Shown here: one piece after another, positions 38,594-53,239 of the stretch | How positions within the stretch are numbered: position 1 is the first letter of the stretch | Layout: each line of letters opens with the position of its first letter | DNA from: Paraphysomonas bandaiensis | Taxonomy: Eukaryota > Protista > Chrysophyceae | Assembly (NCBI GenBank): GCA_965644295.1 | Contig: CBFFRP010000355.1 | Span: 57,405 to 121,404, forward strand | Direction: 5' to 3' | Length of the DNA: 64,000 bases | Made by a program: the position numbers and the translations under genes | The notes under the pieces: generated by a model | Databases searched by the model: none | Told to the model about the DNA's origin: nothing | Seen by the model: the letters and a program-made list of their open reading frames with translations, nothing else

Positions 38594-40231
38594 ATGGTCA
38601 TAATGAAGCACCTCCTAATCCTTGGGGATGGAAACTTTACATTCTCTAAGTCACTCGTTGATCATTTACTAGAGGCTGAGGACGTTCTCTCGCATGAGCG
38701 GGAGAGTTATTCAGTGGTGTGCACCTCATTCGACACTCAGACTGATGTACTACGTAAATATCCAGAGTCACAGTCTATCTTACAGTACTTAAGAAAGAAC
38801 CCTCAAGTACAAGTGGTTCATTCCGTTGATGCCACACAGTCACTGTGTAGTTGCTTACAATTAATACAAAGAGACTCTGCTGCCGGTCTCTTGTTTGACT
38901 ATCTTGTGTTCAATTTTCCTCATCTTGGTATTGAAGACTGTCATCGTCATGCCTCAATGCTTGGCCATTTAATATATCGAGCAAATGAAGTGTTATCAAG
39001 TGATGGAATATTTTACCTTACTTTGGCCAATGAACAGGCTCAAAATTGGAAACTGTGAGTTATGGAGTTTGTTTAGCCTGAAAAATTGTATCTTACGTTT
39101 GCGATACTTGCGTAGGGATGATATGTGTAAAAGGAACAACTTCAAGGTGACACGAATTTTGCCGTTTCAGCCTTCATTTTGGCCAGGTAAAGCACGTTTC
39201 GTTGTCTTTTTATGGTATAACTTCGTGTTCAGGATATCAAATGAAACGCCACCAAGTGGGGAAATCATTTCAGAGTCGTGCTCCCATTTGTTCCACGTTT
39301 TGTCTGATGTAAGATGGAATTATATAGTTGTCTAGTTATGGTTGTGCTAAAGCTGAATTCTCAGGAGAGAATCATGTTCCACAGCAAAGGTCGTTGATAC
39401 GAACAATTGTATTTTCAGTGCTATGAACACACGTGCACTGAAGTCGCAGGTAGAAGAATCTCTGTACCCTTATGATTACTGAATCTTATCAATTACACGA
39501 CACCAGGTCAGTGAAGAAAAAGGTTTGCTTTCACCTACTACAGCCCCATCGAATACTACCACTGGGGTCATTCCACCAAAGCAGTCGAAAAGTCGTTCTA
39601 AGAAGCGCAAGATGGACCGATTGACGGAGGGCATGTATCGGCGTGTGACCGTAGGAGAAGTCGAATGCACAAATGAAGAATTCACATGTAACATATGTGG
39701 TAAGAAGTTTGCACACGAGCAGGTAGTTGAGCGTTTACTATTCATATATGTACTGTCCTAATATGTCAACTATAGGGAGCTAGAACTCACGCCTATGCCA
39801 TGCATGTTCTAACATCAGTAAGTTCTGTATCAACTGAGAACGCGGAAGCAAATTCCAGCTTCATTTGCGACGAATGTGATCCTCCTCGTGACTTTGTGAA
39901 TTCAGATGCATTGTTTCAGCACAAAATCGCACGACACAAGACCGGTATCCCTCTTGGCACAACTTTAGCTGGTGCCGATAGCTCATCTGGTGCACTTTGT
40001 GAAAATAATGGTGTGTCTGGTACTAGTTTGGACAAAGGTGAAAGCTCTAGCGTAGCACTGACGGAATGCCCAGTGTGTGGGGACGTAGTAGAATCAGTAG
40101 AAGAACACATGAATAGTTTTGCTCCTCCAACTCATCCAGACATCCCGTGCCCAACATGTGGCAAGGTTTTCCATAGTAATCGTAGTTTTAGTCAACATGC
40201 GAAATTTTGTATATCCACAGATGGGGCATAG
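38594..40231 (+). CDS. BMT5-like (DUF2431) rRNA uridine-N3 methyltransferase domain with C-terminal C2H2 zinc fingers, multi-exon
   Basis: LILGDGNFTFS, VDAT, FNFPH motifs; fingers CNICGKKF, CDEC..HKIARH, CPVC, CPTCGKVF..H. Confidence 0.8.
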
Positions 40232-40516
40232 TAATATTATAAGCTACAGATTTTATACTTCTATCTGACTACTGTCCGAGTGTGGGGTAGCACGTACAGG
40301 GAGTTCTCTTTTGTTTAATTTTTTGTATGGATCATATGCCATTCAATTCTTCCAAAGTTTTATTTTTGTTTCAATCAGCACTACTGTCATGTCAAAGAAA
40401 AGTGTACGGTTACTAATTGGTGTCGCCGATCTGCACCTCTACGGCGTCACAGGAAATAAAAAAGTTATAAGTACACAAATGAGCTTAAACGTAATACTCT
40501 ACACTCTACAAATTCT

Positions 40517-42381
40517 TCACAAAATTACAACTAATATCGTAATGTCATCCACGATATTGCGTTTATATGGCCCAGAAGGCATATTTCGCAATGCATCAAA
40601 TGTTGTTCCCGCAGCAGCAGCGGCATTCCGTAAACACTTCTCAAGTAGCATGTGAGCGGGTGATAGCTTACTATGTGCATTGCTGGAATCGAGATGAGAT
40701 ACTGACGGAGAACTCGTATGACTCACACGCTCAATTTTATTTCCTGAACTGATCTCACGACAAGTAGCCAACTCTGCCTTACTCGTTGCCGTACGATCCA
40801 AGTACTCTCTCAGTGTGGCCGCCACCTCAGGAGCTTCAATATAGTTCCAGAGACCATCTATAAAAAAATTCATGTTACCAAGGGGATTCAAATAACATGT
40901 TACCCAACGCAGTACCTGAGGCAATAACAAGTGCCGTGTCAGTGAGCGATATATTTCTACAACTAACGAAAGGCAAAGCAGAAATATACGGAACATGGTC
41001 CACATACGGCTCCTCACTGCAAATACAGTAAGGGTTAGATGTACTAGGGAATATATTCCTGCACCTTAGTGACGGAGTCTTCAAGTAGCCGTCTCCAAGA
41101 GCTCTGGTAACAGATAACGATCCACCGACTCTACGCCAAATGTCAACATATAAGGCTGAGTTGTATAAACTTGGTGTAAACCTTTTAAGTGCTAGCTTCC
41201 CAAACAGCTTTTTATCATTTGCAGAAGGACGCATCGCCCGATTATCAGAAGGACAGAGAGCCCGTACCGCCGCCCTTTCCTCCTTGTCATCGCAGCTGTG
41301 GTCCTTCGTAAGACAATGCACACTGAGACCAGAGGAAGGGCAATGTGCTGTACATTCTGCAGATCGGCAACCATCATAAAAATAAATACACAACAAAAAC
41401 ATTTCAACACCTGCAAAATCGAATTCAGACTCTAATTGTGCTTTTATTTTGCACTTAACACGCTTGCCAGAGGAAGCAGGATCTTTGGGAGCTGCAGCGC
41501 ACTCCCACGCCCCCAAAATCGCAGACGTTGTAATATTTTCCTCAACCGTCGTCGGAGCGGGCACTGCAAGTGGAGGGTTGGACATATTGGCTTTTGCAGC
41601 GGGATATTCAAGCGCTCCGTGGCCAATGACCTTGCCACATACCGACACCGAGAGGCGAAGGCCTGGCCGGGTAGGTGACGTTGTTGGGTTCAATTCTTCC
41701 TTTGAGACAATCTTGCTGTTACTTGCAACATCAGAACATAAGGCTTCTACATGAAAATCTCTGGCTAAAAAACTACGACTACATAAACCCAAGCTTAGGC
41801 TTTTCGGTGCAATTGGGGTTGAAGGGCTTTCTTCTCCAGAGGTACGTGGACGCTTCCGTCCAGAGTTGACATTTGAATCTCTTCCCGCTCGGATGATGAG
41901 GCGATTCGCCCTAGATTCACCGATAGATCGACATAAAACAACGCGACAGTCCCTGTCGACAAGAACGTTACATACATCACCATCAAGCAAGCATCACTTA
42001 CCCCACATGTGCAACAAAGAGTTTATCTCCAATCAATGCAGCAACTGCGGCACAGCACCCAGTCTTCCCGCTCTTAGGCATAGAATGATGGACTTTAATA
42101 GCCTCATCCAGTATTATTTCATCGCACTTCTTAAATGCTCGATAAAAACACTCAATGATATCGTTCGAACTTCGAGCATGGATTGCGCTATACGGACCCA
42201 ATTCATCCAATATAATATCTAACAAAGAAGAGTTTGCAATTTCACATGCAAAACAACCTCCATGTCCGTCAATAACGGAATAAAGGGCGACTCCCTCCCT
42301 GAACCTAGTGCTATATCGATCCTCGCCCGGGTTGTTGGACGATTCTTGACACACAAAGTAGGACTTTGGAGACCGCATCAT
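40517..42381 (-). CDS. PPM/PP2C protein phosphatase with large insertion, multi-exon
   Basis: GEDR, IDGHGG, AHVG|DCR, LTKDH, LSVTRALGD, IAS|DGLW, DDITILVV motifs in correct order across short introns. Confidence 0.9.
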
Positions 42382-43056
42382 GATTAAGGTCTAATAACAA
42401 GAGAACAAGCTCATAGATATGCCTTCAGTGAATCGTTGCAATCCAGTCGATGTTACGTATGTAACCCACCAATGACACTAACAGAGAAGGGCCCTATTAC
42501 TTAAGCAATACGATTTGAAGCAACTCTACCTGCTCACATATGAACCGCTCTGTTCAATGAGAAGGTTGCATCAGATCAATCGGTCTGGCGTTATGTGAGG
42601 GAGAGCTAGCTATGAGGAACCACTGCACACACAAGCAGATGCATGCAGAGGACAGCAGCAGTATATACCGGTATACGGTATACTACAGTGCAGACCGTGA
42701 ACGTCTATCAAATCTTGAGGTTTCAGTTTCTATTTAACAAAATCTCAGAAATATTGCTGTGAAATGGAAGAAAACTGCGAGAATATTCATGATTCTGCTG
42801 ATTTTCCATGAAGTGGTAGCATAGGAGAAGTATTCGTAGTACAGTGCACCAGAATGTCTAGCTAGGTATACCATACTCCTATAGGCTCTAGCCTCCAGGT
42901 TGATCTAGAGAAGTGAGGAAGTTACTGTACTTCACACTCATCACACACACTCTTATCTGTCTCTTATTCAGCACATCGCATTAACTATACGCTAGTCGGT
43001 ATAGTACAGCTACTAATGAATCTAGAGTCTTAGCTTGCTGTTAGTACGGGCTGGTA

Positions 43057-45260
43057 ATGGCAATGACAGTAAATAATGAATCCGTGGAGCTCCCAATTCA
43101 TCCACGGAGTCGTAATCCGACTGAATGGATTATAGATGAGCCATCGAACAACACATCATATGTACAGCTGGGAAAGGAGAGTATGAATGAAGCAGAGAAG
43201 TTGAAATTTGATGATCCGAATCAGTCTCAACAGCTGTATCATCATGCAGCTATGTACTTCTCACGTGCGGCGGAATCTATATCAGATGAAATGGTGTATT
43301 ATTGTAGTGATCTGGCATTTATCGTATACTGACACTTTAATTGTAGACGAAAGCAGCTATGCGCTATCTCTCGCAGGCCTCGCTTGATAATGCGAAATTA
43401 ATACAGCATTACTGCGACAGTACTGTTGCAGATGGAAAAGTGAACGAATCGTTTTACCCGGCTCCAATAGCACTGAACTGGCAAGAAATTGATGGTAATA
43501 GACCAACTGCTAGTGGAAGCAGAGGGAAAGTATCTGGAATATCTAAAGTAGGTGTCCAATGTGTACACTTCTTTTCCTCTGATGTGATGACAGATTCCAA
43601 AAGCTGAAGAAAAAGCTGATAACAGCATTGATGACTTATTGATATTGGAATCAAAGCTGGAGGAAATTGGTACCATATCATATTTTATGTAGTATATATA
43701 GTAATACGGTACATTTCAGGCCTTATGCCACCGTCTGCTCTTCTGCGCGATGACAAGTCGGCCCTATCCTCTTCGACCGCCCGACTGAACTTTTTGTCTT
43801 CCAACTTGGGCGAATCATTCATGTTTCTCTCGTCCTCTATGCAGCTGGGGAACTCTGTGTCATTTTCTGGCCCTCGTCTACCAGGCGTTGGTGTTGGAAG
43901 TGAACGTAAACCTAAGGAAGTCGGTTACTTTCCATCAACGAACACAGACTCCACCAATGCAACGTCAGCCTACGGTCCCTACGGTATTGCAAGTAAGAAA
44001 CCAAATCCTCCTTCGTCAACAGCATCGGCAGATCAAGCATCTGAACGACCAGGGGGGACTTATTGGGGGGCAGCTGCAGAGGGACTATTGGCGTGGGCAA
44101 CCCCCCGTGCGCCATCGGAACGGCCGCCGGTACCTGGTCAACCTGTAAGCAATCCTCCTGCGGCAGGATACGCTATGGATGCCAGCATTAACTGGAACGA
44201 CAAGAGTGGGATAATGGCTGGAACTACTGGGGACTCTGGAGGGGCCGATGGCATGCTCAAGCTGTTAGACACTATAGAGAGGCTCAGTGAGTGTTTTGCT
44301 ACATGTAATGGTATGTGGTCATTCTGGTCGCAGGTGCGGAGAATAGTCGCCTTGAAAACGCTGTACAGACACTTAAGGCTGAGAAAAAGAAGAATCAAAT
44401 ATTGCTGCAGCAGGTGGATTCTTTTAAAAAGGAATACAAGACGCGTCTGCAGTCCATCAGGAGCAAGATGGTAGCCGATCGGAGCACCTCTCAAGAGAAT
44501 GGAGCAGGTGTCGCATATGTGTGCCGCCTGTGAATGGATGTCTTTATATAGCTATTATTCTGTACGTAGACCACGGTAGGCGCAGCGGAGATAATGAATA
44601 CAGCAGCCGGAATAGGATGAATGAGCTTGAGCGCACTGTAAAAGGTTTAATGGGAAGAATATCCGAGGTACTCAAGGCCATGTACTCCAAATCTCGAATT
44701 CGGTAATGTATTTCTTGTACAGTTAAAAGCAGAAAACGAGAAAAAAGATAAAGTTCTGCGTGCATATAAGGTAGGATTGTGGTTCAACTGGATTGCCTAT
44801 AGGAGCTTGTCACTGGTACTTTTGAATGTAGGCTCGACAGTCGCAGCGGGATCATTCACACAGATCCGATAAAAATGACATTCAGGAAGTCAATGCTGAT
44901 GGGGTGGGTGGGGAAAAGGAAAAGGAACATGTTCAGCCACCAACGGTGTCTGTCTCCGTCGGAGGAGAATCGATCGCTCAGCGAAGTACAGGAGAGGGCT
45001 CTTTTAGTCCTGTTGACGGTATAGGAACTCATACCCACCGGAGACGAGACAAAGGATCACCGCGCTCCAACCATACCCTAAGTGCGCGCAGAATGGCTTC
45101 TGCCTCGCCCTCGACTGCCACGCTCCAAACATCGTTGCAGCGGGAGATGTCGGGTGGATATCCTCCAGGTATGGGACCGCAACACAGCTCTAAGCAACAG
45201 TTTCATCGTAAAGAGCTCCGGCGACCGCAACAGCAACAAAGATATGACATGACAAGATAA
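43057..45260 (+). CDS. Hypothetical protein: helical N-terminus, low-complexity middle, C-terminal coiled coil; multi-exon
   Basis: Chain of plus-strand ORFs separated by short GT-AG introns; coiled-coil-like LLDTIERL|AENSRLENAVQTLKAEK. Confidence 0.6.
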
Positions 45261-46498
45261 TATTGAGTGGTGTTGATTAATATGTTTACTATGTATTTCA
45301 TGTTGAAGCCCTTTTCGGAGTAACTGTGGTCAAGTTTTATATCCTTTGTGAAGAGACTTATCTGTAACGTCATAACAGCTGATGTACTTATAAATAGTTA
45401 TAGGTACGACGTATAGTTGAGTCGTGCTTTGATGCGAACTCTGTGTATAAGGCATGATTTTATCAAGCACACCCAGAAGTTATACTTAGCTGCAGTGCGT
45501 CAACAAAGTTCTATGTATGACCGCTACTATATAGCTATTCCCTCAGTAAAACATTCCCTCATTTTATTAGCTGTAGTTATAAAATTTTCTGAAGGAAATG
45601 GAATGAAATTATTAATAAAGCTATTGGATTCGAAGCGTATATCGCTTGTTGATACGAATAGTTGTGAATTTTCAACCAATATTAAATTTATAATTATTCA
45701 TTGATTTATTGTTGTACCTGCGTTCATTATAAATAATTAGGAACGTGCAACGAAAGAAAAATCTCCCCATTGCTTGTCCTAGCGTTGATTAAACTAAGAT
45801 ACATAGCTACATAGTTACAGAGCTATACTTTCTTAAATCCCGCCGTATTCGTTATGTGATTCCCCAAACTTGCGTGGTTCATACACGATTACAATTAACC
45901 TGTAACTAGGCCAATGCTTTGCTAGGCCTGCACAATACATTATACATACATGGGTCATTCGTCATTTGCAGCTATAAGAGGTCCAAAGTACTCTTTGCCA
46001 GGAATGTGAAGGCAAACACGGCCTTGCTAGAGTCAGAACGAATTTTAAACATATGTCATGCATAGCTATGACAAATCCCGAGTAAACTTTGTAAAGGCAA
46101 ATAAGGGTGGGCCAGATAAGATAAGAAACGAAGTGTTGACTTTATATGTTGTGTACCAGCGAACCTACGCTATGATAATACTGTGCAAATGCAGTAAAAT
46201 CTACTAGAATCAGATTTCTTTTCAACTACAAGCATTGTACACTCTCTCTATTAACACAAACTTCGAGGGCAAGCGATCCCTATTTTTCGCAAGTATGACT
46301 TGTCAACCATCACCATCGTCATAATTCTGATATTAAAACATACGACAAAAATACGCATTTATACAATACTCACGTATTACTTATAAACATGTTTTTAGTT
46401 TAACTATATTATTCACATCAGCTGTTAGATAAAAAGCACTACGATAGTACAGTAGCACGTATCAACTAATATACTTGCAGTATTCTTCCATCATCGCG

Positions 46499-47184
46499 TC
46501 ATGCTGTTTGATTGTGACCCTGAAATTGTAAAGAAATAAACATCTCTAAAATGGGATGGTGCATCAACAAGGTGAGTACTTCCTCGTATGGAATACAACC
46601 ATCAATTTTGCCAGCCAACGTGAAAACGGAATCCACAAGATCGTGAACTTGTTGATCGTGTAACTTCTTGTCACCAAAATAATAACATGTATTATTCATC
46701 AGCTTTATCAGACGAAGGCATTCGTCTTTGGTGCATTCACATTTTCCTTGTGAGTACATTTCGATTGCTGTCCATATGCGATCTCGGATACTGGGCAATT
46801 CCAGAATCACACAAAAGCACGTCAATATATCCTATGCAACAGTCATAAGTCACAAACATCATTGCTGATACGCTTAATTCTCACCAATATGCTAACTTCT
46901 TCGAATCCGCTCACATCTAATAACGTATAAAACTTCAAGAACAGATTCCTATCTGTATGCTTCATTAACACACAGCACACATTGCTCTCAATATACGCAC
47001 CAGATTCGTGAATATCACATTCAGTCAACAGATATTCAAATTCTATTCTCGTAATCTTCATATCAGGCCGCTTCTTTATATCAGACTCCTGATATGTGGA
47101 CATTATGGACTTCAGTTTAAACTTTGTCGTGCATACGATGTACGATATAGCAGTGACATTGAAGTGTGGTAAATTGTTTCCCAT
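46499..47184 (-). CDS. Myristoylated EF-hand-like (calcineurin B/recoverin-like) protein, multi-exon
   Basis: MGNNLP start at 47184; degenerate EF-hand segments (FYTLLDVSGFEEV, KIDGCIPYEE, HHPILEMF). Confidence 0.6.
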
Positions 47185-47641
47185 AGCAAGTATCCCAATA
47201 TCTATCAGAAATAAGAGAACCTGCGAGGTATTACTTTCAGGCTCTGTCACAGTATGTTGATGTCGCAGTCAACTATGAGCACAACGATCTGTTAAGACTG
47301 CAGTAACAGCTCTGATACAGGAAAATCCCTTATTTTAAGACTTTTAGGTTATAAATGCCGGATATACAGGAACAAGTATACTGTATATGTACTGTACCTA
47401 TGAAAATGTACAGCATGAGTGTATCCAAGTACAGTATACCATTCTCCTGTATGCATATAGCGGTATATATACATGGACATGTCGATATGTACCGTACATC
47501 TCTTCGTACCAATGCCCATATACATGGAATGGTACGCTGCCACTGCTGCCTGTTTGTATGTCAGAACTACTCAACGTTAGAGTGACATAACTATGCAGCA
47601 CTGCGTTTAGCCATCCTACTTGTCCGTGTATCATTACTCAC

Positions 47642-50600
47642 ATGCTGGGAGGTCGTGTAGGCGCTCAAGGCGTCCCCGTTAAATGCATACACTCCTCTTC
47701 TTCTCTCTATTATGCCGACAAAGATATTGACACTGGGTTTTGTCGTATGCCAATGTCTCTATTCGACAGATTCAGAGCTGATCCGGGGAGTGTTGTTCAT
47801 CTTATCGTCATACTATCAGAGACATGTTCATATGAAGTGCTGTGTACCGCGTGGCCCCATACACGAGGGCTCGTAGATGATAATGAGATATGCATAGACG
47901 ATGTTGTCTACAGAGGAGAAAAGCGTAATTGGACTATCGCACAGTGTAAAGTGAGTCCGTGAATTTCCAGTGTGTATTTACCTTATATTTTACCCTTAGA
48001 TTCATCGAATTTTTCCCGGAAATGATTGTACAACTCTCCGAATTGATACAAGTGATTCTAGCTCACAAGCTAACCAGCCGCATATATCTACCTTTGGAGG
48101 TTATGCTGCTTGTGACGGTTTCTTCGTTGATTCAAGTGCGAATCCTTCGAAAACATTTAAAATAATGTAATAATGGCGGCTTGTATGGTTCTATCCTGTA
48201 ACACTACGTTATTTGAGCAGTGGTCCAAATACACCAGCAGTTGTGACCCCTCTAACCCTCCTCATACTGTCGAACTCGGGCAATGCGTCCAGCTTCACCC
48301 CGATGAAATCAAGTGGAGAAAGATTAATCGCTACCGCTACCAGTGTAGTGCGGAGAATTATTCGCGATGTTATTTGGCCATCTGTTGCGTTGCCAGTCAA
48401 AAACAATGTTTCTATTCAAGGTATCTTGCAAGTGTAATTCCCGGTATATCGCTCATCGTGTACAGGACTTTTACTCTTGGGACCCCCTGGCGTAGGTGAA
48501 TTTCCTAAGAAAATGATGCTACACTTGTTGACAGTTGTGCGTTTAGGAAAGTCTTACGCTATTACCGCCGTGCGAGAGCTTTGTAAAGCGTGGTGCACGG
48601 TACGCATTCAGTGTTTTCTGTTGGAACATCATCGTGCCACTGTAGGTGTCCGTGCATAATCTCAGCATTCCTGATGTACTGGCTGACCCTGATCCTGTTG
48701 GGTATTGTAGGTGCCAATTTATGTAGACGATTCTGATATTCTGTTTAGATATACACGTGAGATACTTGCCAAGGCGAGGGCCAACTGTGTGCCTGAAGAG
48801 TGCCCAATCGCCACAGCACCACTACATTTTACCCCGTCGACGGAAATCGAACCGATGACGCCGGGCACTGGGAAAAGGAGTCCTTTTTCTTTCAAGCACA
48901 CAGGTTTCAGCAGCTCCTCGTCAACTGTGAGCACCCCTGTGTCCTCTGCTTGTACCCCAATGTCTCTGTCCCCGTTCAGCGCCCGAGGGACACCTGCTGG
49001 AAGGACGAGCACTGGCACCTCTACCCGTATGCGGCCTCTCCCTGAGGTTCATATATTGATGCTGGATGAGTTGGATGCTCTTGGTAGTGGAGGGGAGAAA
49101 AGCTCGTCAGGTTCAGAAACGCAGACTGTGGTTAAGAGTTTAATCTGCTCTTGGATGGATCACAAGCCCACTTCTCATGTCAGGGCAGCGGTTATTGCCA
49201 CTACGAACAGGCCAGCTGAGGTTGATCCATGCTTTAGGCGAGGAGGTAGACTGGAAAAAGACATAGATGTACTTGAATCGTCCACAGATGACAGAAGCAG
49301 GCAATAAGTTGTTTTTGTATTCAACCATGAAGTTATACTATTGCAGGCTATTCAGGAGCCTCTTGAACCAGGTACGCCCGGAGTTGTCGAAATTATTCCA
49401 GGAACACATGAACAAGGATGAATCTTACAATGAATCCAAATTTGAAGAAGATATTGAACGCATTTCTGACCATATTGCATTAGCTACTGGTACTCATTGT
49501 AACACGTATTTCCAATATCTAGTAATAGTTATACAAAGGAGGATACGTCGCTGCCGATGTCACGGCACTTGTTAGAGAGGCAACAGGGTGCACTGCCAGC
49601 AGTATATCCAAGGGAACATTGCCCCCGTCTTACATCTCAGGAAACACTGCAATTCCCAATCTATCGCCACTGGGTGATGTTCTGGCCCAGTGTTTGATGG
49701 AAGCCAAAGCACTTATTCCGCCGTCGTGTCTCCGCAAGGATGCTATAAAAATTCCTTCGGTGTGTAGTTGTACTGGCTGATGGGCCATGTAATCTGATTT
49801 TGGACTGCTTATGTTTAGCTCACATACGAGGACGTTATTGGCTACGCGGATGTGAAGAATAAGCTTGGGCGTGTCCTTGCCTTTGCAGATGCAGAGTCCA
49901 GGATAAGGCTTCAGCGATTTGGACTGACCGGGGCAATGGGAGGTGTCTTGTTATACGGTCCTCCCGGTATTCATGTATTACTTTATTGTACCTTATATCA
50001 TGATGGTCAACAGGGAACTCTAAAACTCGCCTCGTGATGGCTGCTGCGAGCACACATTCCCTTCCTGTGATATCTCTGTCTGCTGCGGACGTGTATTCTG
50101 CATACGTTGGTGCGTCTCGCTCTCGATATAAGCTTGTGATATTTAGCGTTTATGTGACCGGTGCACTACATATAGGCGATGCTGAAGCCGAAATTCGGAG
50201 AGTATTTCGTCTTGCTCGACAAGCACACCCATGTGTTTTATTTTTTGACGAGTTAGATGCTCTGGTGACTGACAGGTAGGGAGCTGTACATTGTCGCGAC
50301 AAAATTAACTCTTCTATAGAGGAAGCGGTGGTAGTAGCAGCAGCAGTAATGTCGAAAGTCGAGTGCTTGCGTCGCTACTGACTGAGATGGATGGTATAGA
50401 TGGGGCGGGGGACGGGGTATTTGTAATCGCAGCGACAAACAAAATTGAAAATATTGACGCAGCTCTGTTGAGAAAGGTTCCTTATATGTTAATAAATAGC
50501 TATTTTCTAATCATCAGTACACAGGGGCGGTTTCATCACTTGCTGCATGTTCCTACTCCAAGTATGGAGGATATGCAGGAATTGGTACTCTACTTCGGTC

Positions 50601-50749
50601 GAAGGTATGGTTTATCGGTATCCGCACAAGAAAATATTAGGATTGTGCTAAGGGAAGGTATGAGTGGTGCAGATGTAGAAAATTTATGTAGAGAAGCAGG
50701 AATGCAAAGAGTTAAAAGTATGATAGCAGTGTCTTCTAGTCCTAGTTAA
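47642..50749 (+). CDS. CDC48-family double AAA+ ATPase (AFG2/SPATA5-like), many exons
   Basis: D1 Walker A GPPGVG|KS, Walker B LMLDELD, TTNRP..DP.FRRGGRLE; D2 LLYGPP|GNSKT, FFDELD, LLTEMDG, AATN, GMSGADVENLCREA. Confidence 0.88.
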
Positions 50750-51082
50750 CAAGTAAAACCTAAGAAATGTGTCTATATTATTGGAAGATGCGAATGGAGG
50801 ACCAGCTTTAAAGACGAAACAATTATATTATTTACGAATATATTTCATAGGTGTGATCTAAACGTAATCCCTGTCTCGAAGTCTAGTATTTTTTCGTTTA
50901 ATAACAGATAGCTGCTAGCCAGATACCATCTCTATGAATCAACTTAAAGTCTTGTTAATTACTTCATACTTCATATTTCATATTATTGCCAATTGTATAA
51001 TTTAATGAGAGATACACTTCGTATTAGGTAAAGAGAAGAAATGAAGACACTACGTGAGGAATAAAACCTAACAGTCCCTTAT

Positions 51083-51181
51083 GGGGGGTAAGTACCGGAG
51101 ATATCTCCGGGAAACTAACTTGAGCCGCATATATAGTTCTTGCAGATATTGTTCTGTCCACTCATAGCCAAATGCTTGTGT
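51083..51181 (-). repeat. Dispersed repeat copy B
   Basis: Reverse complement matches 16506-16605; contains the perfect 16-bp palindrome CCGGAGATATCTCCGG. Confidence 0.8.
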
Positions 51182-51601
51182 ACTTGTGTACTACTTAGTA
51201 TTTAGTGTAGCATTCCCAGAACGGTCATGAATATTATAGTCTATAATCTGACGATAATTCCTCGGTCAATTGTTATTTCATTGCACTTTATTGTATTCGT
51301 GTTATAATATATACATATATTAGGCATACGTGAATTCATTGATCTTAATGCAATCTACATTCTACATCGTATAATTGAGTTTCATGCTCTGCAGTCGAAA
51401 GCAGTGTTTTCTTAATATCAAATGCCTAGAGTGTAGTCCATACATCACGTTAATAACTTCGATATATTCATATAAGAAGTCATTGTAAATAACATACTCG
51501 ACAGATTTATTAGCTTTACCTACTACTACTTGATTTCTACAATCTCATACTACCACACTGTACCACAATGCTACACAAATTACTGTCGCGTATCCAACAA
51601 C

Positions 51602-53239
51602 TTACAGCAATATTTTATACTTCTCAGTGGACGGTACATGATTAAGAATGACCCTGAGCATATCCAGTAAGATCAATTTATCGTATCAAATAATAACTCT
51701 CTACCTTCCTTCGTAGGACAAGGAACAATACATCCAGGCTTCAGCAGCGCTCCAAGCGAGGTCGTAGACGCACTCTTCATGTTGATCCATGACTTTTATC
51801 TATAATATATATACCCACAGGACAAGTTTAAATACTGCAACAATGGTACACCAAGTTCAAACAACTCACCCTGACGTCTGGTGGATCATCGTCCACATCT
51901 TGTTGCGATGATCCAGCTTCGCTCTCCTGTAAGCCAACTCCCAGCCATGGTGCCGATGAACAGGAAGCGATCCGCCAAAGATTCACAAGGTTGTCTGATC
52001 CTCCGCTAAAGTAGACAGTTTATTATAGAAGTAATTATGAGCAGAGTCATACCTTATGATGAGCTGGTCATGGAAAGGGTTGTACTTGGCACACCATACC
52101 CAGTGGCTGTGACCCTCCATTGTGGTCACCGGACAAGAGAGAGACCTCGCATCCCACATCTTAATCTTTCTATCATCTCCTGTTGTAATTAGTGTAAGCG
52201 GTTTGTTCGGGTTGTAGTCGACATCTCTGTGCATCATTTTTAGATCGGGCATTCCACAGTAATTTCAAATACATACCGTATGCCACCCTTGTGGGCATTA
52301 GACACACAGGAGGTGACCTGAAGCTTTCTCGTGTCTATAAATCGCAGAGACGAGTCTGATGCTATTGCAGCCAGATTGACGTTATGAGGGTCCCAAGCTG
52401 CCCCCCCTGAGGTCAACATGTGATACAATAAGGGAACTATAGTAAACGAAATGCAACGCATGTAACCTGCAGCGAACTCCCCGATATCAACATTTTCTTG
52501 TGTAGTCGTGGAGATACTCCCAACAGACTGATGTCGAAAAAGTAACCACATGCTAGCACCATATAAACATTGACTTACACTGACACCGCCTTCTGCCAGG
52601 GACCAGAGAGTAACGGCTGCGGGATCCAAGGCGAGCACTGAGTCTTTCATAGAATGCCACTTCAAAGTATTTACGAATACGGAAGGATCATAGGAAAATT
52701 TGGAAACAGACCCAAGATCTAATAAGTCGCCATCGTAACTGTTGTGCCTTCCACCTCTTTCCTCTTCCTCATCATCGGCATCCATAAACTCCTGCAAGCG
52801 ATACAACGACACACTATTGGTTCCATTCCCTCCTTGACTTGCAGTCAATACGAGAGAGCTATCTTTCGGTGAAGGCTCCATAGCCCAAACTTGATGGGGG
52901 TGGGAGTACACAGCTTTAGCTTCAATTTGGTTATTCTCTTCATCGTATTGCAAAACTGATAACTGCAAGAATCAATGAGACACATGTCTATTAGTACAAA
53001 TAACTACTATAAGAAAATATCATCACCTCATTTTTATCTTTGGCGGAACATGTGCCAACTATGAATCTATGCTTCTCATTGTATGCTTTTTGGGCACTGA
53101 TGCATCTGGCCTGAAGCACATCGCAGTGAGCACAACAGAGCTCAGAGTTATTGCAGATGAGTGTGTGCATAGAGCATACAATACAACCATACTGTACCTG
53201 ATAATTCACAGAGAAAACACATGGTGCGGAGGTGAACAT
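51602..53239 (-). CDS. EIPR1: EARP/GARP-interacting WD40 protein (TSSC1), multi-exon
   Basis: N-terminus APCVFSVNYQ|ARCI, RFIVGT..NE, WDPHN, RDVDYNPNKP, GHSHWVW.AKYNPFHDQL, characteristic end VPSTEKYKILL* at 51602. Confidence 0.88.
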
